Shown here: piece by piece, positions 58,487 to 64,000 of the stretch
Numbering within the stretch: position 1 is the stretch's first letter
Layout: each line of letters starts with the position of its first letter
NCBI GenBank assembly: GCA_963836755.1
Contig: CAWIKF010000002.1
Coordinates: 640,001 to 704,000 of the forward strand
Source: an uncultured Verrucomicrobiae bacterium
Lineage (GTDB): Bacteria; Verrucomicrobiota; Verrucomicrobiia; Chthoniobacterales; Chthoniobacteraceae
Direction: 5' to 3'
Length of the DNA: 64,000 nt
Notes under the pieces: generated by a model
Told to the model about the DNA's origin: nothing
The model's database searches: none
The model's input: the letters and a program-made list of their open reading frames with translations, nothing else
Made by a program: the position numbers and the translations under genes

Positions 58487-61327
58487 ATGCCTCTTTCGTG
58501 GAATGAGATCAAACACCGCGCCATTGCCTTTTCAAAGGACTGGAAAGACGAGACGCGCGAAGACGCCGAAGCCAAATCTTTTTGGGATGCCTTCTTTAAC
58601 GTCTTCGGCGTCCAGCGCCGCACCGTGGCGAGCTTTGAAGAGCCGGTAAAAAAGCTCACGGGAGATTGGGCTTACATTGATCTTTTCTGGCCCGGCACGT
58701 TGCTCGCGGAGCACAAAAGCGCGGGCAAAGACCTTGGCAAAGCGCACGCGCAAGGCATGGAATACATTCGCGCGCTCGCCAGTAGTGGACGGGGCAAGGA
58801 ATCGCCGCGCTACCTCATCGTTTCCGATTTCCAGCGCATCGCCATTCACGATCTTGAACCGGAGCAAGACCCCGACGCGCCGCTCTTCAATCGCCTTCCG
58901 CCTTCATTCGAGTTTCCCCTTGCCGATTTTCACAAACACATCCGCCACTTTTTTTTCATCGCGGGTTACAAGCAACATAAGCTCAACCCCGAAGACCCCG
59001 CGAACGAGGAAGCAACGCAGCTCATGTGCGACTTGCACGATGCGTTGGAGGAAGGCGAATACGGCACCGACGCCACGGGCCGCGCGGGCCACGAACTAAA
59101 GCAATTCCTTGTCCGCTTGCTCTTCTGTCTCTTCGGCGAAGACAACGGCATTTTCCCGACGCGCGCCTTTCAACTCTACATCGAAGACCACACCGCCGCC
59201 GACGGCTCCGACCTTGGCCCGAAGCTAGGCCAGCTTTTCGACGTGCTCAATACCGCCGAAGATCGCCGCCAGAAAAATCTCGACCCCGACCTACTCCAAT
59301 TCGCTTACATCAATGGCGACCTATTCGCCGAGCGCCTTGCCCTTCCCGCCTTCACAAGCAAGATGCGCGGGAAGCTACTCGCTTGCGCAACATTTGAGTG
59401 GTCGCGCATTTCTCCCGCCGTTTTCGGCAGTCTCTTTCAAGCCGTCATGGAGCCGCGCGAGCGCCGCCAAATCGGTGCGCACTACACCGCCGAGCGCAAT
59501 ATCATGAAAGTTGTCCGCTCGCTTTTTCTCGATGAACTGCGCGCGGAATTTGAAGCGGCAAAGCGCGATAAATCCGGGCGCGGAAAAAGTCGCTTGATCG
59601 CGCTGCAAAAGAAACTCGCCTCGCTTCGTTTCCTAGACCCCGCGTGCGGTTGCGGCAATTTCCTTGTCATCACCTACCGCGAATTGCGCGCCCTGGAACT
59701 GGAAATCCTTCTCGCACTTCACGCCGGCCAGCAGCAAATGGGCGAAGCCGACGTTTTCAATCTCTCGCTCATTGACGTTGACCAAATGTTCGGGATTGAG
59801 ATTGAGGAATTCCCCGCGCGCATCGCCGAAGTCGCCCTTTGGCTCACCGACCACCAAGCCAACGTGCGCCTGTCCGAAGCCTTCGGCCAATTCTACAAGC
59901 GCATCCCGCTCCGCAAAAGCCCGCACATTCACGTTGCCAACGCGCTCCGGCTCGACTGGCGCACCGTGCTCGCGCCCTCGCAATGCAGCTACATTCTCGG
60001 CAACCCGCCATTCGTGGGGAAGCACTATCAAAGCACAGCGCAGCGCGCCGACATGGTTGCGTTGCTGCCGGAGTTTGGAAACGTGGGCGACCTCGATTTT
60101 GTCAGCGGATGGTATTTCAAAGCCGCCGACTACATCCAAGGCACCGAGATCAGAGTCGGCCTCGTTTCCACCAATTCCATCACGCAAGGCGAGCAAGTCA
60201 GCATCCTATGGCCCGCGCTTTTCGACCGCTTTAAGATCAAGCTTCACTTCGCGCACCGCACCTTTGCATGGGTGAGCGAAGCGCGAGGAAAAGCGCACGT
60301 CCACGTTGTCATTATCGGATTTGGCGCTGGCGACGTGCCGACGAAACGAATCACGGACTACGACACTGACGCGGAACACCCTACAATTTCAGTCGTTAGC
60401 AACATCAGCCCATATCTCACCGAAGGCTCGAATACCGTTGTCCGCAAAGAACGCAACCCCGTCGGGCCTGTGCCTGAGATGCGCTGTGGAAACAAGCCGA
60501 GCGATGGCGGTAATTTCATTCTCACAGAAGAGGAGAAAGCAGACTTCGTTAGCAATGAACCCGGTGCGGCCAAATTTCTTCGCCCCTATATCGGGGCCGA
60601 AGAATTCATCAATGGATGGCAGCGCTGGTGCCTGTGGCTCAAAGACGCCACGCCTTCAGAGTTGCGTGCCTTGCCGACGGTAATGATGCGAGTTGAAGCT
60701 ATTCGCGATTTCCGCCTCAAAAGCACGGCTGCCCCGACGCGCAAAATGGCATCAATGCCCACGCGGTTCTTTTTCGAGTCACAGCCCGCAACGGATTACA
60801 TACTTATCCCCGAAGTGTCTTCGGAGCGACGAAACTACATTCCTATTGGCTTCGTCTCGAAAGCGGTAATTTCGGCAAACACAAATTTCCTCATCCCATC
60901 AGCCGACCTTTTCCTCTTCGGCGTGCTTACTTCCGCGATGCACATGGTTTGGGTTCGCCAAATTGGCGGTCGGCTAAAATCGGATTACCGATATTCGGGC
61001 AGTCTTGTCTATAACACGTTCCCATGGCCCGAAGCCCCCACGCCCGCACAGCGCAGCGCCGTTGAGAAAGCAGCCCAGCGCGTGCTCGACGCCCGCGCAG
61101 TTTTTCCCAGCGCTTCTCTTGCCGACCTTTACGACCCGCTCGCCATGCCGCCCGCCCTTGCCGCCGCCCACTCCGCGCTCGATAAGGCCGTGGACAAATG
61201 CTATCGCAGCGAAGCCTTTGCAAGCGATCGCGCGCGAGTTGAACACCTTTTCGCCCTTTACGAAAAACTTACCGCGCCTCTCGCACCAACTGCTAAAACG
61301 CGCCGCAAAACGCGCCAAATGACTTGA
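58487..61327 (+). CDS. MmeI-like Type IIL/IIG restriction-modification enzyme (946 aa)
   Basis: MPLSWNEIK start. PD-(D/E)xK nuclease YIDLFWPGTLLAEHKS, GAHYT, FLDPACGCGNF, GNPPF and a TRD ending GGRLKSDYRYS..YNTFPWP..LADLYDP. Confidence 0.92.
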   Translation: MPLSWNEIKHRAIAFSKDWKDETREDAEAKSFWDAFFNVFGVQRRTVASFEEPVKKLTGDWAYIDLFWPGTLLAEHKSAGKDLGKAHAQGMEYIRALASSGRGKESPRYLIVSDFQRIAIHDLEPEQDPDAPLFNRLPPSFEFPLADFHKHIRHFFFIAGYKQHKLNPEDPANEEATQLMCDLHDALEEGEYGTDATGRAGHELKQFLVRLLFCLFGEDNGIFPTRAFQLYIEDHTAADGSDLGPKLGQLFDVLNTAEDRRQKNLDPDLLQFAYINGDLFAERLALPAFTSKMRGKLLACATFEWSRISPAVFGSLFQAVMEPRERRQIGAHYTAERNIMKVVRSLFLDELRAEFEAAKRDKSGRGKSRLIALQKKLASLRFLDPACGCGNFLVITYRELRALELEILLALHAGQQQMGEADVFNLSLIDVDQMFGIEIEEFPARIAEVALWLTDHQANVRLSEAFGQFYKRIPLRKSPHIHVANALRLDWRTVLAPSQCSYILGNPPFVGKHYQSTAQRADMVALLPEFGNVGDLDFVSGWYFKAADYIQGTEIRVGLVSTNSITQGEQVSILWPALFDRFKIKLHFAHRTFAWVSEARGKAHVHVVIIGFGAGDVPTKRITDYDTDAEHPTISVVSNISPYLTEGSNTVVRKERNPVGPVPEMRCGNKPSDGGNFILTEEEKADFVSNEPGAAKFLRPYIGAEEFINGWQRWCLWLKDATPSELRALPTVMMRVEAIRDFRLKSTAAPTRKMASMPTRFFFESQPATDYILIPEVSSERRNYIPIGFVSKAVISANTNFLIPSADLFLFGVLTSAMHMVWVRQIGGRLKSDYRYSGSLVYNTFPWPEAPTPAQRSAVEKAAQRVLDARAVFPSASLADLYDPLAMPPALAAAHSALDKAVDKCYRSEAFASDRARVEHLFALYEKLTAPLAPTAKTRRKTRQMT

Positions 61328-61345
61328 TTTCTAAGTGGATTGCCT

Positions 61346-61440
61346 TTGTCTCTCGTCTCATCCCCTAAAGGGGTAATGAGACACGAGACACTCTCATCCT
61401 TTGTCTCTTGAGATTTGTGTGAGACAAAGAATGAGACAAC
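61346..61440. repeat. Cluster of seven GAGAC/GTCTC direct and inverted repeats; putative replication origin of the element
   Basis: GTCTC at 61348, 61355 and 61403. GAGAC at 61378, 61385, 61421 and 61433. Includes the palindrome GTCTCAT-CCCC-TAAA-GGGG-TA-ATGAGAC. Lies immediately downstream of the helicase gene. Confidence 0.65.
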
Positions 61441-61455
61441 CGGAATTTCTATTTG

Positions 61456-62526
61456 TCACCGGGGGAAACATCGCTTGGATTCTTCATCGTAGCGGATGAG
61501 TCCTTTGCTGATAGCATCGTCCACAACTCGATTGCCTTGCGCCCGGCTTACTTTGGTTTGTGCTTCCGCCTTTTTCACCAAGTCTGCTTTTGAGTTTCCC
61601 GTTTCATCCACTAGCGCGGCCATTTGCTCTGCCGTGCATTTCTTTTTTGGCTTTCCGGCAATCGCATCCTTCCATGCGTCAAAATTGAAATCGCGAACAA
61701 CTTCATAAATCATCGTCCCGGAATTCAGCCGCACCGCGAACGGCGGGAACTCGCGCCCGTTGGAATTCTTACCACAACTCACAACCAAGGTTTCATTGTC
61801 AGTCTCAGAACCGGGCGCGAGATTGATTTGCGCGCGCGTCAACGCGAGCAACACCTTTGAGTTCCGGCCAAAGGAACTACGGTCAAAGCCAGTTGCCTTT
61901 GCAGCTCCCGCGCGTCCCGTGAGGGAATGATGAAGCACAACAAGGGCGCGGTTGGCGTTTCCCTGTTTCACTATTTGCGCGAGCTTTAGGCACACCCAGC
62001 GCATGTCTGCATCACTGTTCAAATCGCCTAGCGAAAAAGCGTTCAATGGGTCGAAGACGACAATATCCGGCTGGAATTTTTTAATCGCGGCGCGAATTCG
62101 ACCTTCCGAAGACTCGATATTTACAAGCGAGTCCTCATCCGTTTCGAGTGTGTGTATGAGCAGCTTGTCGTCAATTTCGGGCCAACGATTCCCCGCCCAT
62201 TGCTTCAATTTTTCAAAGTCAGAACGCAACCGGCGATTACTGTTTTCCGTTTGAATGATGAGCCACTTTCGCGGTCGCCCATGCGTCGGTAAGCTAATGA
62301 AAGCTACGCCGAGAATCTGGCAAGCTGCTAACTGCAAAAGTAGTCGAGACTTCCCGATGCCGCCTTGCCCGCAAATCGTGAACAGTTGAGTCTCGGCAAG
62401 CAATCGGTCGCCGAGAATCATGTCAGAATCGCCGAAGCTCATCGCCAAGATTTCGCTCGGCTTGCGCAAGGTAAATTCGCACGGCGCGTCCTGAGCCTTC
62501 GGCGTTTCCTCTGCCTCACGTTTCAT
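61456..62526 (-). CDS. RepA-like AAA (AAA_25/RecA-fold) replicative helicase with C-terminal wHTH
   Basis: Walker A GQGGIGKS, QTEN, Walker B IVVFDP, LVVLHH and GKNS. Confidence 0.8.
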   Translation of the reverse strand: MKREAEETPKAQDAPCEFTLRKPSEILAMSFGDSDMILGDRLLAETQLFTICGQGGIGKSRLLLQLAACQILGVAFISLPTHGRPRKWLIIQTENSNRRLRSDFEKLKQWAGNRWPEIDDKLLIHTLETDEDSLVNIESSEGRIRAAIKKFQPDIVVFDPLNAFSLGDLNSDADMRWVCLKLAQIVKQGNANRALVVLHHSLTGRAGAAKATGFDRSSFGRNSKVLLALTRAQINLAPGSETDNETLVVSCGKNSNGREFPPFAVRLNSGTMIYEVVRDFNFDAWKDAIAGKPKKKCTAEQMAALVDETGNSKADLVKKAEAQTKVSRAQGNRVVDDAISKGLIRYDEESKRCFPR

Positions 62527-62538
62527 AACTGCGCCGAT

Positions 62539-62856
62539 TTAATTCTCCCCGCCTTCCGCGTTGCGGTGTAGATAGTCGAGCAGGCTTTGCAGATGAATCA
62601 GCCGCGCGCCTTTGACAGCGCCGGGCTTGCGCAAACAAACTGACTTTACCGGCGGCTTGAACTCGTTCGTCGCGTTAGGCGTGATGAGTTCATACAATTT
62701 CGCGCGGCTCAGTCCCGTGAAAGGTTCCAGCCCGCCTTTAGGTGGCCGAATAAATTCCGGGCGCGTAGGCTCCGCAGCGTTTGCCGATGCTGCGATGATC
62801 GGGGCCACGGTAGTTTGAGCATGGCCGCTCTTGGTGTCTTTAGTGGTGCGTGACAT
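62539..62856 (-). CDS. AlpA/excisionase-like small DNA-binding protein
   Basis: FTGLSRAKLYELI HTH, then KSVCL....GARLIHLQSLLDYL. Confidence 0.7.
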   Translation of the reverse strand: MSRTTKDTKSGHAQTTVAPIIAASANAAEPTRPEFIRPPKGGLEPFTGLSRAKLYELITPNATNEFKPPVKSVCLRKPGAVKGARLIHLQSLLDYLHRNAEGGEN

Positions 62857-62900
62857 GCCCGGATAATCGCACGGGCACTTTTTGCGTTGCGGAGACTACC

Positions 62901-62970
62901 GAAAAGCTAAAGGCAGAGTTGGAAAAGCTATTTGCATCACTGGAAAAGCCAATCGGCACTTACGGAAAGC
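62901..62970. promoter_or_regulatory. Four GAAAAGC direct repeats with exact 21-bp spacing upstream of the alpA-like gene
   Basis: GAAAAGC at 62901, 62922 and 62943; GGAAAGC at 62964. Confidence 0.6.
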
Positions 62971-63020
62971 CGAATTCATTTTTGCGACTTAGAACCCGCA
63001 CCAAGAATTTTTTTCGACTA

Positions 63021-63617
63021 TTATTGCCCCTTCCTAGGTCGCCCGCCTTTTCTGCCTTTCTCGTATGCCTGAAAACGTCGCATCAAAACCACATGCGAAG
63101 CGATGGCCTGTTTCAAGTCGATCAAACGGTGTTGGCCGAATCCGGTTTGTCGATCCTCGGCTATTCGCGTGGAAATCCACGCTTCATTCGCGGCTTGCTT
63201 GGCGTCCACCGGCGGAGCTTGTAATGTGCTGACTTGCTCGTGGGTAAGCTCATGAGGCATCCCTATAGCAACAAGACGAGAATTGGCGGTAAGATAGGAT
63301 CGATAAAGCCTGACGGCCTCCGTCTCTGTTTTCTTGCCAGTGATATAAAAGAGCCCTTTACGAAATGGCAGATGCTTCGGCGATTCTTCCGATAACTTTT
63401 CCGCTTTTTGGCGCGCGCGAAGCATAATCATTCTTCCCTCAATCGTTTTACTCACAGCGTCGAGAAAGTTAATCGCACGATCCGCCGCCGCTTTATCGCT
63501 ACTGCTTCCATCTACAAAGTGCGCGGCTATAGTAGCAACCAATTCCAAAGAGTAGCGAAACTTCGGCTCATCAGTCGTCTCCGCCGGTTTGCCCGGATTG
63601 GCTGGAATCTTTGCCAT
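63021..63617 (-). CDS. Hypothetical protein with C-terminal AT-hook-like KGGRPRK motif
   Basis: 198-aa ORF starting 3 nt after the integrase stop. Ends GRKGGRPRKGQ. Confidence 0.65.
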   Translation of the reverse strand: MAKIPANPGKPAETTDEPKFRYSLELVATIAAHFVDGSSSDKAAADRAINFLDAVSKTIEGRMIMLRARQKAEKLSEESPKHLPFRKGLFYITGKKTETEAVRLYRSYLTANSRLVAIGMPHELTHEQVSTLQAPPVDAKQAANEAWISTRIAEDRQTGFGQHRLIDLKQAIASHVVLMRRFQAYEKGRKGGRPRKGQ

Positions 63618-63620
63618 AGG

Positions 63621-64000
63621 TTAAGCCGCCTTCCTTTTCCGCTGAATGCCGGGAATCACAGCGACCGCCGCGCGGAGCGGTTCAAGCTCCAAGTGCGTGT
63701 AACCTTTGTTCATATCCGCCGACGTGTGGCCCATGACTTTCATGCGGACTTCCTGAGAGACGCCCGCGTTCGCCATTGCCGTGTTGCAGCTATGCCGCAA
63801 GCTGTGAAAACTCAGCGCGCGCACCGTGCGCCCTTTGCCGCCCTTGCTCGCCGCGTGCAAAACTTCGCCGACAACGCCCGCCCGCGCCATGATGCGCGCG
63901 AACGTCATCGAAAGGCCACTCCGCCCGCCTGTGCCACGGCCCGCGAGCTTCGCGAACACGAACGCCTTGCCGCTGTCCGGCGCGGGCAATTCGAGCAAGT
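63621..64000 (-). CDS. Tyrosine recombinase/integrase, C-terminal catalytic part (5' end outside the window)
   Basis: SFHSLRH (H-x-x-R), MGH and the catalytic Tyr in NKGYTH. Confidence 0.92.
   Translation of the reverse strand, partial: LLELPAPDSGKAFVFAKLAGRGTGGRSGLSMTFARIMARAGVVGEVLHAASKGGKGRTVRALSFHSLRHSCNTAMANAGVSQEVRMKVMGHTSADMNKGYTHLELEPLRAAVAVIPGIQRKRKAA

Larger units (their letters stand above)
56264..64000. mobile_element. Integrative, satellite-like element at tRNA-Gly (right end outside the window)
   Basis: Begins right after the tRNA 3' end with arm-type-like direct repeats. Carries a tyrosine integrase, an AlpA-like gene, an AAA RepA helicase, an iteron cluster and defence cargo (Panacea TA, MmeI-like RM). 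Confidence 0.8.

Noticed and set aside
62850..63224. 124-aa plus-strand ORF
   Set aside because: It runs over the operator repeats and is antisense to the 198-aa gene; no coding signal.

Overview
High-GC bacterial chromosomal segment, most consistent with a Verrucomicrobiota (Chthoniobacter/Spartobacteria-like) genome. This is inferred from PEP-CTERM beta-helix proteins, the CAZyme content and the PVC-type DksA, L33 and S18. Left to right: (1) 1-18.8 kb, a glycan/surface region: partial PL26/YetA-like lyase, a 21-bp repeat array, two tandem PEP-CTERM passenger-repeat genes (each split by a single +1 insertion), a Tat aldo/keto reductase, an (alpha/alpha)6 glycosidase and a GH130-GH2/CBM32-GH92 mannoside cluster. 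(2) 18.8-21.9 kb, a small accessory patch behind the rpsA terminator, with a second exact 21-bp array. (3) 22-39.2 kb, a long minus-strand run: S9 peptidase, three SPFH (HflK/HflC/HflK) genes, an atypical P1B ATPase, a secreted beta-sandwich protein, a TroA/ZnuABC-type importer, a sigma54-driven micro-protein, ABC-2 permeases and Cys-poor dksA-rpmG-rpsR, then rpsA. It is divergent from a Fur/Zur regulator and carries three GCAA-N5-TTGC boxes. (4) 39-56 kb, core and other genes: prenyltransferase-repeat proteins, an OYE reductase, tRNA-Pro/Asp, a flavin-dependent halogenase-like gene, pgi-HK-sigma54 RR-glnD, a lysophospholipase and a pilin. (5) 56.2-64 kb, a satellite-like integrative element at tRNA-Gly(CCC) with a Panacea TA pair, an MmeI-like RM enzyme, an iteron origin, a RepA helicase, an AlpA-like gene and an integrase. 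The best candidate for an undescribed system is the putatively Zur-controlled SPFH-cage + P1B-ATPase + ABC metal-acquisition locus. The runners-up are the 21-bp array modules and the minimal satellite.
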